A DNA stretch of 64,000 nucleotides from Adineta vaga. Taxonomy: Eukaryota > Animalia > Rotifera. Of this stretch, positions 48,842 through 63,558 are shown piece after piece; positions within the stretch are counted from its first letter, which is position 1; every line of letters starts with the position of its first letter. A program made the translations under genes and the position numbers. The stretch covers positions 4,154,001 through 4,218,000 of the forward strand of contig CP075495.1 in NCBI GenBank assembly GCA_021613535.1. The letters are read 5' to 3'. Under the pieces are notes generated by a model. That model was not told the origin of the DNA. It worked only from the letters and a program-made list of their open reading frames with translations, and searched no databases.

Positions 48842-51315
48842 ATGTCTTCAACAATGGAACAAAAAATGCAAACAGTTCTAGTACGACAAAAAATGAGTAC
48901 TCTGGATGAAGAAGGAAGATTGAGACAGGTATATCGTAGAATGATCATTAATAAAACGAAAAAACAGAACGCATGATTGGTTTATAATTTACGCAAAACA
49001 AAAAAAGCTGAAGTATTGAATTTGATCTCTTTCTATAATTAGTTCGATATACGTGAAGATCCTGAACAAAAAACTAAATGTGATCAGACAATGGAATTAT
49101 TATTAGCCGCTGGCTATTTTCGTGTGCGGATCAAAGGATTGTCTGAATTCGATAAAGTAGTCTTTCATTTTCTTTTGTCTATATACATATTTGCATTCTT
49201 TCCTTTCATAGGCAGTTGGTGGACTTGCCTGGAGCATTCAAGCTTGTAATTTCACTGTTGATATAGATGTTCTCTATCAAGAAAGTGCTACTCTTGGACA
49301 AAAAATGTATAAACAAATACATACTTGATTGAAGAAAAAAACCGAACAACTTTTCTTTTTTTCTAATTAGAGCATTAACAGAACGTATTGTTGTGGTTCT
49401 ATCTCGTATGAAATGTCCACATGCAATTGAACCACATCAAATTCAAGGTGGAGATTTTATACATATATTTCCAGTTGTTCAATGGCTTGTCAAACGAGTC
49501 TTTGATCGACGTGCTGAAATTGGTGATTTTAATCGAGCTTATACATTAAATCAATATGAAAAACAATTCAGTGAACTTCCAAAACAACAGCCAACTTCAT
49601 TCTTCAAAGAAAATATTGAATCTATTCGAGTAAGATAATCTTTACCTTAATTTCGAATAAATAAAGACAAAGAATTCATTTATAGATTCGTCATCGACCT
49701 AAACGTCGTTATCGATGTTTAGATAATAAATCAAAACGTTTAACAAATGCCGATGAACGTCATAAACGTATACATTCCACACTCGTAGAATTCGGTCAGA
49801 TACATCAATTACTTCCATCATCTGATGATAAAGATAAATCTCCACAAGACATCAATACACTCATAAAAAACATGGTTGATGAAAAAGTATAGAATTCAGT
49901 CTTTTGAATAAGAAATAATTCTATTTTTTTGTTTTAGTCAAAAATTACTACTCAAAGTGTACATATATTAGTCAATCAACAACAAGATACTCTTCGTGAA
50001 ATAATTGAAGATTTTGAAGAAAAAGTAAATGATTCTAACAGTAAATTAATCTAAGAAATGAATCGATTGTTCTTTTTTTTTTGTTAGGAAAAACTACGTC
50101 TTCAAGAAGCATTTTTATCTGAAAGTGGTCAACAACAATTAGCAATTCGTACCTATAAAGTACAAATGAATAAACAAACGGAAAGATTAAATCACCTAAA
50201 AATTGAAATTGAACAAGCAAAAAAACAGAAAGAAGAAAAAAGAAATCAAGCACTAGAAGTAAATTCGTCAATATCATCTATTTATCTTTTATTCGTTGTT
50301 TTGTTTTTTTGTCAAGATTAAACAACAACATGAACAAATCAATGAAGAACTTGATCAAATTGCTTTACAAACCAAAGAGATTAATCCTGAGTAAATTAAT
50401 TTTGCTTGTAGAAATATTCAATTTAACCTTTTGAATCTTTCTTAGATCTTTAAAACGTGTGGAAATTTTAGTAGAAGAATATGAAACAGTAAAAAAACAA
50501 GAAAGTGAACGTCGTACAACATATAAAAATGAAAAAAGTCAAATTGAACAAGAAATTGAACAATTAGAGATTCGTTTACAGACACCCATGGATACAGATA
50601 CAACAGAGAATGAAAAATTCCAACAAATTGAAGAACAACATCAATTAGTATCTACTCGATTACAGAATCAACGACTTATTTTAGTAAATTAAATACAATA
50701 TTTTAGAAAAAAAAAGTCCAAAGATATTTATCGTATTATTTCAGGCAAAAAAGATTCGTGAAATATCGTCAATTACTCGACAAATCGATGATATACCAAC
50801 ATCAATTGAACTGGCACAATATCGTCAAGCATTTTTTCAATTATATAATCAAAGTGCAGTTCTCTATCGACAAACTAAACAAAATTATACATTATACAAT
50901 ACATATACTGATATGATTGATTATATGACAAAAGAAATTACATTAATCGAATCAATTTATCAAGGTTATCCTCAGTAAGTTTAATTAAAAGTAATTTTAT
51001 CTTGGCATTCCTATTGAATTCTATTAGAGCAGTTCAATCTCAAAATAGTAAAGAACATTTTCTTAAACAATTAGAAGGTATTGTTGAAAGTGTTCGTCTC
51101 AATCGTATTAAAATCGATCGACGTCAACAAGAAGAAAAATTCAAACGTGATGCTTTAAATATTCAATTAGCACAATTAGTAGATAAAGCTAGACAATATG
51201 CAAAAGTTTTCAAAGATTTTCAAGAAGTAAAATTTATTTATTGAATTGATAACATTATTTTGTTTTATTTTAGGCAATTCAAGAAAATGAATATCTTCTT
51301 TCCACATCAAAATAA
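48842..51315 (+). CDS. CCDC93: Coiled-coil domain-containing protein 93 (CCC/Commander complex)
   Basis: [76 protein letters not shown]. Stop at 51313-51315. Confidence 0.92.
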
Positions 51316-51375
51316 ACACTAGTCTTGTTGTTGCTATTATTATTATGATTATTCTATTTTTTAAATAAATAAATT

Positions 51376-51807
51376 TTACACATCGATTTTTTCAGCTTCA
51401 CATTGATTTTTGTTTTTAATTTCTTGAATAACGCGAAAGGTTATTATAATTGCTGGTATTAAGATAATCAGATGTAAAATATCAAACAAAATTATAATAT
51501 ATCGATAATAGAGAAGAATTCGTACAGTAACATCAAATGATGTATAGAAAAATTTTGCAATAAGAACATAAGCAGATATTTGAATGACTTGCCATACCGT
51601 TTGTTTTCGATAGAGAATAGTTAAACACCAAATTAATACACCAATTACAAGAATACAATAACCAACCCAATAGATTGTATAAGCAATTTGAAATCGTAAT
51701 GGAATTGAATTGAATGAGAGACGTGAAATATGAATTATTAAATGAGGTATATAAGTCAATGAACTGCATATGTGAAAGAAAACTAGACAAATACGATAGA
51801 AATCCAT
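51376..51807 (-). CDS. Small intronless 4-TM membrane protein, paralog 1
   Basis: 143-aa ORF with four hydrophobic segments; shares N- and C-terminal patterns with the adjacent ORF. Confidence 0.65.
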   Translation of the reverse strand: MDFYRICLVFFHICSSLTYIPHLIIHISRLSFNSIPLRFQIAYTIYWVGYCILVIGVLIWCLTILYRKQTVWQVIQISAYVLIAKFFYTSFDVTVRILLYYRYIIILFDILHLIILIPAIIITFRVIQEIKNKNQCEAEKIDV

Positions 51808-52312
51808 TATGAAATGCTATTCGAAAGGTTGTTGACTTTGTTTTTTTCAGAAATAACTAGATAAATGTCAAAAAAGAAATATGGAATATATATTATATTA
51901 TCTTTTGTTCGTAATTAAAGAGTAGTAATTACAGAAAGAATATCAGAAGAAAAATAACTTTTCTCTTCTATATATACATTTATAACATTGACAAAGAACT
52001 ATTTTGGTAAAACTATTCTCGTGATAGTTTGTAGACCTTGATTTTTAGTTAATTGCAATCGTCGTATAATATTATCAAAATGTCTTTCGTAAACAAAAGT
52101 AATCTGATTAACTCATTTTCATACAATTATATTCGTAATTCAACAATCCATCGATTAAATATATGCAATAGTTTGAATTTCTCTTTATATTATTTTAGTA
52201 AAACTTTGGTACATATAAAAAAAGAACAAGAGATAAAAGAAAGACTACAATGCCTATAATTCATTCTTTTTAATTTTCTCCCTCATCCATCATTAGCATT
52301 TAATTAACGTAT

Positions 52313-52801
52313 TCAAACAAGTGCAAGTTCTCTCCCATCAATTAATTCTTCACTAACTGCTGTTGAAAGTAATTCTAAATGAATTAAATCTTTTTCTTTC
52401 TTGGAAATATCTTTCGCCAAACGAAATGTAAGAAAAATTGCAGCAAAAAATGTCCAAAAGTGAATCATATCAAATGCAAGTTCTTCTACCGAAAGGGAAC
52501 GTTTTCGAATCGCATGTTGAATAGTCACAGTAAGAACTTGAAATAATTCTCCAATTAATAGAATTCCACTAGCACGAATAATACGAGCACCATATCGTTG
52601 ACTATACCATAGAACAAAAATACACGACGAATGATACAATGCTATTGAAAATGAATGATTCATATATGTAACTGTTAACGAATCATGTTGTTCAATATGA
52701 CATCCATCAATGATTGCTGATGGATGTGGATAAAGATTATAGATAAGTAAAATTGTAATAAACACATGTAAAACAATTAGAATTAAACGAATATGTTCCA
52801 T
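52313..52801 (-). CDS. Small intronless 4-TM membrane protein, paralog 2
   Basis: Probable start MEHIRLILIVLH at 52801; AFDMIHFWTFFAAIFLTFRLAKDISKK resembles paralog 1 LFDILHLIILIPAIIITFRVIQEIKNK. Confidence 0.65.
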   Translation of the reverse strand: MEHIRLILIVLHVFITILLIYNLYPHPSAIIDGCHIEQHDSLTVTYMNHSFSIALYHSSCIFVLWYSQRYGARIIRASGILLIGELFQVLTVTIQHAIRKRSLSVEELAFDMIHFWTFFAAIFLTFRLAKDISKKEKDLIHLELLSTAVSEELIDGRELALV

Positions 52802-53494
52802 CACGTATTTTGTTAGTGTATCTTTTATTCTTCTTCTTGAATATTTATAATATCGATATGTGAGATAAGAAAAGAATTTTATCTTTGAAAGAAAAAGGAT
52901 CACAGACATAAATTACATTCTTTTACAAGTAAGAACGACCATTTCCATGATTGCATTGTCAGAGAAAATTAATGAATCATGTGATTTCTAATATACGTGC
53001 AAAGATAAGACGACGAACATTTATATTCCTAGAAAAGAACAGATTTCGTAAGAAATTTGTTATTCATATGATTATATTTTATTTTGAAAGCAAATCAAAC
53101 GAACTGTATCAATTTGCATCTTATTTTTGTATTCATAGAAAAGAATTACTTGCTATACAAAGTGTTCTTTTTTTTACATCATTCATCTATTAATACCAAC
53201 ATACGAGAATATTAAGATGTTATATCTGCGTAAAGTTCGGATGCGTGATGAAATCTATACATATGTTTCGTTCTTTTCAATTTGTTCAGAAGTATTCGTG
53301 TTGATTGTATGTAATAAAAACATCAAGATAGATATCTTTAACGTGACAATTGATAGATTTGATCAAACCTGTTTGATATTTTAATTGGACACTAGAGAGA
53401 CATGTCACGATGATAATGACAACGAATGAAGAAGAAAAAAGTCTCGTACATTTTCATTAATATCATTACTTTGTTATTCAAAGTATAAAGCGAT

Positions 53495-56400
53495 ATGAAA
53501 TTCTTGGTCAAAGAACCAACATATCCTTTATATAATAATGATAATAAACAAGAACAAATGGAATTTCTTCATAGAAAATCATCAACAGATGAAAAAGGTA
53601 AAAGATTTTTTTTTTCAAAATATAAGAGATTAATTTTAACAATTTGTTCTAGAACATTCATCATCAATTGAAACTCTAGAAAATGTTCTTGCTAATCGAT
53701 TTTTTTCTTCGAAAAAATCCGACAATCTTCTAAGCAATTATCTTAATACTTCGCTTAATGAAAAACAATTCAATCAATTTTGTTCTTCATTATCAAAGAG
53801 AATACAAACATGTTCTCTTTCCAAACATACTACCATGGCTATAACAGCAATAGCGAATTTTTCAGAAGAACAAACGAATAGTATTGACTATGAAAATACT
53901 TATTTATCTTCTGATGAAACAAGTCGATTAGATGATTTGTCATCATTGACAACTATTACATCTAATTTATCAAAAGAATTTAATAGTTTAGAACAAAATA
54001 CAAGTATTTATGCTGATACAACAATTTTCAATTCAGATATTGATGATATTTCAGAAGAAATTACATCAGATGGAAACTTAATGTAAGTTGATTTTCTATT
54101 TTTATGTCAAAAAAGAAATCGTTCAAAGAACTCAGTATAATTTATCCTTCGTTTTTCTGCGTGACATTTTCTGTCAATCTCATTTACATTGTGAATAACG
54201 ATGTAGATTCTATTATGTAATCTTTGTCAACAAGATCAATACTAGAAGGGTTTCTTCATAAAAAAGCACTTCGTTATCGAATCTAGAGTACTATGCAGAA
54301 AACATAGAATGAATTGATATCAATCACTACGGTGAAAATTATATTGATCGAAAATTCATATAATAGATTGTGCAAATACAATAATCTTTATTTCAAAGGA
54401 CAACATTATTAAAGTGTTCATCTCTAGAAAATATTTGAGAACGAATATAAGAAGTTAGTTTGTGATTCCTTGTGTCATAACAGTTCAATGAATAGTGTAA
54501 ATATATCAGTTACACTCTTTCACATCACTAACTTCCTCATTGATTTCTTCACATTTTTTTGTTTGTTTATTCTTAGAAATTCCGATACACAAACTAATGA
54601 TGAAGAGATCCTTTCAATACCAATTCATCTACGTTTAACGGATTCAAGCTATGCCGGTTTGGTTCATGCTATGAAATATACTATTGTCACAGAGGAAGAA
54701 GAATATGATGATGATAATCAACAAACTCTTTCCGATTATGACAATGTTAGCCGTTATTCTGAAGATAATACGAGGATAAGGTCAAATGTAGACATTGTCT
54801 CGTTAAATGTATCGATGACATCGACTATGCAATATAATCATTGCTCTACGATGTGTCTCGGTGAACAACTAAATAAACAAGAAAAAATGAGCACAAGTGA
54901 ACATGATGATAGCGATGATGATGATGATTATATTATCATCGATCAACAGAAACCAGTTGTTCAATTTGCAACAATGAATGATGAAAGTGAAATTGAAACG
55001 GAAGATGAATATGATCAAAATTTTGAATCTGCAAATTTATTTGATAATGAACCATTGACAACAAGTCTATCGGATCAATCACAAGATTTCGACGATCCAA
55101 GGTTAGATTTCAATTTATTTATTTTCTATTAAAAAAAGATTCTCTTTTCTTTGTCTCAATTTCGATGAACTAATTATAGAAAGAATATTTCTTTTTTTTT
55201 CTACTACTTCTTGTTCTTCTTTTCTACTCAACTTGAAGAGATCAAGGTTAAAGAAACAATCAGTTACTTTTAAAAAAGTATTTATTTCTCGTATTATGCC
55301 ACTAAAAGGAATCCTTGACCAACAATTAAAGTTTTTCTTTCAATCTCAACAATTACATGACCGCAGCAAAAAAAAACTTCAGATTTTAATCTTTTTTTCC
55401 ATCTCTTCTAAAATTAAAGATTTGTCTTTGCTACATATTCGTTCAATTGAACTGTGTATCAATGATTCTCTACTTCCTTACTCAAACGACAGCATCATTC
55501 TTCATTTTTCTTTCTTTTATCTTGGTATACATCTATAGAAAGTAAGCAACGTAAGAGCTTCTTCGCTTTTTCATTGTATACTAGTACAATTACAACTAGG
55601 AATGACGTAAGACGTAGAATAAAACTGCTTCCCCCTTCATTTTTTGTCTTCACACCTCTTCGCTCGACATATTATTGCAGGTGTTAACGAGGGAGACAGG
55701 CACATTAATTTTTATACTCAACACATTAAGCTTGGAAGATGAACATCTGTATAGGAGTAGAATTCTGACCGCTTTATCTTCTTTCTTCTTTCTCAGGAAA
55801 AAAAGAAGAAGAAAAGACATTCGATAGGTCAATAGTAATAGAATGAAAATGAGACTGAAAGTGAGAGAGAATAGATCAGGTCATCATTTTCTTTCTTTAA
55901 AGGATGTCAAACAGTTTATAGTACTCGAATAAGATGACATTTTCTACTTAGTTTCTGTCAGTATACACAAAAGTTAGTTCATGCACAAAGAACATCAAGG
56001 TTTTATTTCACCTGTCAAACTAGAAAATGAATTGTAAATTGAGAAGATATATATCATAGAAGAAAAGTCAGTTCATTTTACAATTCTTCGTTGGAATCTA
56101 GATGAAGCTTGACAGATCGATTTATACATTCAAAACATTTCTTTTGATCTTAAATGAATCGTATATATATATATACATAGATAGACACTACACGCAATAT
56201 TTATCTTTTAAATTAAATGTATCTAAAGTTCATAGTCTTCGCATATCTATTTTATTATAATTTAGTAATTTTCTATCAATAAAAGTTTATTTATTTATCT
56301 AGATATTCATCGGATGTGATACAAACAAATCATACAAATGATAATCTCGATGAAATAAGTACAAGTTTACGACACGAAGCGATTTCAATAACTAAAGTTC

Positions 56401-59400
56401 GTTGTAAACAACGTGATTCTTGGATACGTTCGCCACCATCTTTGAAAGATAATTCATCAAATCTGATTAAATCATTTATATCAAAACCTTCAGGTGAGAA
56501 GCAAGAAAAATAAGTGTCCATTTTTACAAATGGATGTTATAAGACATCCATTATTTCATAATGAGACACGCTTAAATCTATATGCACATTTCTTCTCTCC
56601 CTCGCTCTCTGTCTTTCTTTCTCTTTCTCTTAACTATTTGATTCAATTTCGAATAGTATTGTACAAAAAGAAGAAGAAGAAGAAGAAGAAAAGTTGAACT
56701 TATCGATTACTATCATTTTAGTTGATGGAACGAATGGTGATTCAACGTGTTCGAATTCAAATATGAACACAGTTACATGTACTAAAACAGCAGTTGCAAT
56801 GGCATTACACAAGAATTCAATCGAGTATGTATACATTTTCTTTCTTTACCTATCTCCAACTGAGACACTTATAGTATGCGTCGTTGATCTGAATGATTCA
56901 TCTACTTTGATTTTATGATTTATAAATAAATTAACTAATCTTTCTTTTTTTCTTTCTCAGGTATAATAAAATGGAGAAAAGACAGACTGAAACACCTTCC
57001 TATGGTTTCTTGCAAGTGAATCATGATCATCGTTTGATCAAAACGGATGAGTCAATAATGTCACCAATGTCAAAGACAAATAACATTCATGATAAAGGTA
57101 TAATATTGTAAAAAAGAGTCTTTTATATGCAGTAGTGGCAGCAGCAGCAACAGCAGTTTCTTTTTTTCTTCCTTCTATTTGACGGGCAAAATGCAAAAGA
57201 CCATGACGACGGCCGTCCTCTTACATCGTTAGTCGTCAGTCGTGATCTCTCTCTCTCCTTTTTTTTTCAACAAAAAAAAATGAAGGAAAAGAATGAATGT
57301 TATAAGAATAAGAAAAAACAATCAATCTGTAGTAGGTGTTGTTGTCTACACGTATATATATATATATATATTTTAAGGTAAAAAAACGCAACGTACATTT
57401 AATTTCTCTTCTTTTATGTTTATATAAATAGACATATATACTTATATATTCATAACAAAGTACAATTTTCGCTTATCGATCGAGAAGAAAACACACGTTG
57501 AATGTAAAAAAAAAGAAAACAGACGGATTTTCTTTTTTTTCTCTTCCTTTTTATTACCAATCTTCGTGAGTAATCACTATCGATATTTACTCAGTTTCAA
57601 AGCACCTGTCTATTCATTTTTTTATCCTTCTCATTGATATATACATATATATATATATATCTTTATATAAATTGCTTCGAAAGAATTTGGCACGTTTTCA
57701 AATGTTCATCCAATTAACAGCAACTTGTTGAACTCTTTGACATGGATAATGTCAATTCGATGCATTCGTATTTGATGTACAAATAATGAATTCGCTCGTT
57801 TTTCTTTCTTTCTCTGAGATTCGATGTATTTGAATTAAGTATATGCACGTCTTTTTTTTCCTTCGTCTTCTGGTAGACATCTATTGACCTATACTTGAAT
57901 ATAAATCATGATATTTTAGATGCGTTATCACCAAGTAAAAAAACGGACAATTTCTATTTAATCCATCATCAATCTTCGTTAATTCCAATAAAAGATTTAT
58001 TAAATCAAAAAAATCTTAATACAAACATTGAAATCATTGAAATGGATGAACAAGAATGTATTCTGGAAATTGTCGATGGTGTTGTTACATTAGTACCAAA
58101 AGATAAATCAAACTTCTCCACAATAAATACAGATGATGAGAAATCGGATGAAAAACAAAAAGATTCTTTTGAATATGAAACAAGTAATAATTATGGTAGG
58201 AAAAACACGTTCTGTTTTGCTATGATTCTTTTTTACAGGACAAAAGAGAAAAGGAACTAGAATGAATAAGTAAATTATACCATAGGAAAGAAGAAGGAGA
58301 GAACATCTGTTCAACAACAAAATGTATGTGAACAGATGCAGACGAAAATTAAAATCACACTATTAAAAGATAAGAAGGATTACATTACCTATTTTCTTTT
58401 GATAAAATATAATCGAAATTTGAATCCAAGATAAATCTCTTTTTTTTTATTTCGATTAGATTCTCCTAAACGTACGGAACGTTCATCATCTGTAACTTCA
58501 TCGATTTCTACACCACCACTATCAGATCATGAACTAGAATCGGAAGATAAATTATCCATAGCATCCATATCGAATCAAGAAGGAAATGAAGAAATTCAAG
58601 AACCTTTTATACTTCGTCGTGATATCCAATCAGAAACTCCTCCACTTCAGTCTCAACTTGAACAATCTGTTGATTTATTGGATCTGTTTTCGACTCCACC
58701 TGTTCCATTATCAAAGTCTAATGCGGAGGATAATAACCATAACAAATACACGAAAAATTTACTCGATGATTCTTTATCATCTACTTCATCCTATGAACAG
58801 AACGATGCAAATCAAAATTCCAATTCAGATTCATCTGAAAGAGAAAAAGTACATTCACCACCACCATCACCATTAAACAAACAACGATCGAAATCACCAT
58901 CAACATCATCATCATCGATCTCCATAAAAGGTAAAATATCGAAAGCATCAGAATTTACTTGTTCTTTTTTTCCTCTTCTTGTGGATTATGACAATGAAAA
59001 AAAGAGTATAATATTTTTACAAGTTAACTATGAAATTGAAGAAGACATGTCTAGAGATTCGTAAATATTTAACTAAAAACTCGTTATTTCTAATGAAAAA
59101 TAACCTTCATTTCTTTTATTTTCAATCACCAACGAACTTCATGTTTATTTTACTCCCGAGATTTCGTGACAAGCATTCGTATGCTTAAACGAATCACAGA
59201 CAACCTCTCTGGTGAATATCTTTAGTTTTTAATATTGTAGGCTTTTCTTTCTTTAATAAGACGATTGTTTCTTTTCCACAAAAGATATTGAAACGCTTAA
59301 GTACACAAGGAGATTTCTTTTGTTTTCAAAAAGGTTGTTCTTTCTTTCGTCCTTTTTTTGTTTTATTTTACTCGATGTAACACTTTTAATTGTCGTTCGA

Positions 59401-62400
59401 TGTTTATTTAATCTTTCGGCCTCGCATTGACATTCTTCTTCTTCTTCTTAAGTATCAAGAATATAAATGAAGAGGAAGTTAGATTGCGATTGATAGTACA
59501 ACTCGTTTCGGAAGACAAACTACTCTATTGAATCTTTTGTTTATTAAACAATTTCTTTTCGTTACTGTTGTTGTTCTTGTTGGTATTTTAATCTCTTATG
59601 CATGTGTGTACAGAGAACGCAAGAGATTGTTCATTAGGCTATTCTTTGTCTATTACAAAGATTGCTGACCTAACTAGTGGACAATTTGGTAGGTGTTAAC
59701 TTAATTGTGTCATTGTCCTATTCATTATTTCTTCTCTTTCAATGGGGTGTAGCCATTCAATATAATTCGATACACAGCTTGAGACATTACTTGATTTTAT
59801 TGAGCTAAGCTTTTTTTTTCTTGATTTGTTTAGACGAAAATTCTCCAGTATCATCAACAACAAATCAAATTATTCAACCACTCGAGTCTATTCCAACAGT
59901 TGAAACACCTTCATTAGTGACGACGAACCCGAAGTTGAATATTCACTTCCAAAAAGTGAACCACCACCTGCTGCTAAACCGATCAATAAAGCTCGTATAA
60001 ACGAATTTGCATCACTTCTCTCTTCATCCGTTCATTTAACTCAACTCCCAACAATTAAAAAACAAGAAACACAAAGAACAAATCCCGTTGTCAATCGTCC
60101 ACCACCCTCTCCATCACGTTCTGACGAACAAAGTTATTCTTCAATACGTTCAGCTACAGCAAGTGATCGAGACGAACGTGAATCTTATCATACAGTGAAA
60201 TCAAACGATACTTCTCAAGAAGGACAAACGAAAAAACCAATTGATGCACGTTATAATGAAAAAATTGATGATCGAAATTCTATACAAATAAATACATCAA
60301 ATATCAAAGCACTATTTGAACAAAAAATATCAGATACAAACAAAATTTTATCACAATCTAATGAACATTTATTACATTTAAACGAAACAAAACAACAACA
60401 ACATAAGAAAGTACCAATTAGTTACGGAAGTTTAAGACGCACTTTACCCGTTAATCCACCACAAACAAATCAAGTTACACCTCGACGACAATCTTATCAA
60501 GATATGTTGAATTCAAATAAATATACTGATCATATTGTAGGCACGAAAGATGTGGTTATTGAAGATAAACAGGTAAGAAAATGAGAAGGAAAAAGAGAAC
60601 ATACATGATAATATTCATTCGATATGAAATAAGTTTTCTCTAATAGTAATATATCCTTTAGAACTTATGTGTTTTCTATTTTTGATGAAAAAAAAAACTT
60701 GTCTAGATAGTCGAACATATAATATTAAAAGAAAAAGAAAACATATATTTATAGATAGGACACATAGTTGAAGAGTAGTAGAATCTTTCTTTAATATGGC
60801 ACTAAAATATTATTGATGTGTTTGCAATTTTCTAAGAAAATACATGAACGAAGAAGGAAAGAATTATAATCTTTGGTGGTGGGGTTGCAAATATATTCAG
60901 GTTGGTATTTATTAACATAAGGGAAGAACATACAAATAGAGAGTTGAAAGTTTAGAATACTAAGTAAAAAAATGATGTCCTAGAAATAGTACCATCTATT
61001 TTTCTTCTAGCCTGAACATGGTCATCAAACTGCACAATACGGTAATGGTATTCGTCGTCATAATACAGAAGAAATCATTCGTCCAGGCATAGTCTCTTCA
61101 AGAACATCACCTGATTCCACATCTAATAGTCATCATTCAGAATCATTAATTGCTCGTGAAATTCGAGAAACACAAGAAAAAGAAGAAGAATTAAAACGAC
61201 AACGTCGAAATTGTGGTTTACCAGAAGATGTATCTAGTTTATTAACATTAGCAAATAATGATCCACTTAAACCCGATGCTTCATCATCAACATCCAGCAA
61301 AGCGCCTGTTAAAAGTAGTTCATTTTTATCCAATTTAGATTTTTTTACTGCAAAAGAAAATAACGTTACTAATGGCTCAATACCATCTCGTCGTTCAACA
61401 ACATCAATTACTAATATTATCTATGATTCACAGGGAACTTCAACAAATGATGATTCAAAACCAACGACAAATATTGTCTCACAAGAATTAAATCGTTTTA
61501 ATGATAGTGGTATACCAATCATTCGTACAAGTTCATCAAATAATTATATTCAACGTTCATCTTCAAGTCAACAGATTCTTGCAACACAAAATACAAATAA
61601 TATTATTCAACGTGAAATTGAAGCAATTCGTGTTAAAGAAGCTGAATTACGTCAATTAGGTCGAATACAACATACAAGTGATGAACATTCTGATCCAAGA
61701 AATTATCAAGAACATGTCTCAACAATACCTAAAAGTCAATCAAGTAACACATTATCAACTGGAAAAGTTAAACGAGATACAGAACGTACTCATCGACCAA
61801 TAATTGCAACATCAAATGGATTTCTACAACCAAAACCAACTACTAACACTGCATGTAAGTTATTCATAATTGGAATTGTTTATAACGAATGAAGACGACT
61901 TTCTCTTGATTTCTAGCAATTTCATCTATACGTGGAAGATTTCCCAGTCCAAATCCATCAGCACCAATAATTAGTTCATCAAATAAAACTGCTGATTATT
62001 CGAAATTATCATCAACGGATCGACTTCAATTAGAGAAACGTGAATGTCAAGAAAGAGAACAAGAATTAAAGTAAATAATCTTTCTTAAAAGATTATAATT
62101 CTAAATATGACTTCTATTTTAGAAAACAACGTCATTCATTAAATGGTGCAACATCATCTGTAAATGGTGATTCAGGCAATGCATCACAAGAAGAACATGA
62201 AGATGAACAAGAACGTTATTTTGATAAAATTGAACGATTGAAACGAAAAGAAAATGAGGTAAAATCTGTCTTTTTTATTCTAATCATCGAATCCGTTTTT
62301 TCTTCTTCTTGCATTTATAATAGAAAGCTCAAGCACCACTAGTTCGCCCAACAAAAAAATTGGATATGTCACAAAGATGGGAACAAATGTTAACGAATAA

Positions 62401-62452
62401 AACTACTCAAAGTACAACTGGTGATGATCATAATGATGACGATGATGATTAA
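53495..62452 (+). CDS. Large low-complexity protein with MISP/PALM2-AKAP2-like repeats; probably several first exons; frameshift at about 59914
   Basis: Phase-compatible exons from 53495 onward; repeats ESLIAREIRETQEKEEELKRQR, IIQREIEAIRVKEAELRQLGR, LQLEKRECQEREQELKKQR; terminal QRWEQML. Linking the 53.5-56.5 kb exons to the 3' part is inferred. Confidence 0.6.
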
Positions 62453-63558
62453 GCTAAATTATAACTTGGTTTTTTTCTCTTCATTTTTCTTTCTCTTCGA
62501 TACATTTAAACATACGGGTGCTCTTGTTGAAGACAAACGCTCTTATAGTCATTCCATTGATTGCTTTGTTTGTTTGTTTGTTTTTTCTCTTCTTCTCTTA
62601 GTTTGCAAGTTTGAAATCAGTTTTCTTTTGTTCTTCTTTTACTGTATATTTCTATTCGCTATTAAACTTGTAATCAACATCATAACATGCATATATATAT
62701 ATATATATATTTACAGCAGAAAAAAAAATATTATTATGTTCGGAATTATGTGTTGTTCTTGTTGTATGGTATCGAATGTTTTTCTTTAGTACTCGATAAT
62801 ATATTTTTTCGCTTTCATATGGCTTTGTTTTGCGAAATATTTTGTAGAAATTTAAAACATCAGACATATATATATAATGCCTACTTGTCAAATGAAGAGT
62901 GAATAAATACATTATAATTAAACAGAGTTGAATGATTAGGGCTTCGTATACGACAATATTTATTTTTTTTGATCTTGTATCCTACGAATTTCCATCAAAA
63001 TGCCTTTTTTTAATATAAGTTGGTGCTAATTTTCAATCGAGTAACTACGACTATAATAATTTCTCTATTGAATATGATAATGCAGAAAAACTAATGGATA
63101 TATAAATATAACTCACATGAGAATCGTTGCTAGCCAAGTCTTGATTAAATACGTCAGATCATGATATTCATTTTTGAAGAAAAAACATTTCCTTTATACT
63201 ATTACTCAAGAAACTAAGGGCAAAGAACGAAGACAAACGATTTAAATCAATGTAGACTTACATAATTATTTCATCGTGATATTTCATGACTTTGAATGAA
63301 GTTCTTATGCTTAAAAAATAGACCGTTTTTTCATTATCTCGAATAGAACAATTAATAATCAAACGTAAGTTGAACAGCAGAGCAACATCTAACTATGACA
63401 TCATTCGCAGTGTTTGTCGAATATCTACAAATGTTATTTGTTCATGTCTCCGATAACAAATTGAACATCATCTTTGTTGTCTCTATTGTTCTACTTATAA
63501 TCAAACACATAAAAAACATCGCTGATACTCATTTCATTCATACTTCAATTCATATAAG

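Noticed and set aside
10223-62912. Many short antisense or alternate-frame ORFs in the track (e.g. 11215..11418, 16086..16379, 39384..39683, 62421..62789)
   Set aside because: They are shadows of real exons or AT-rich UTR sequence with no independent coding evidence.
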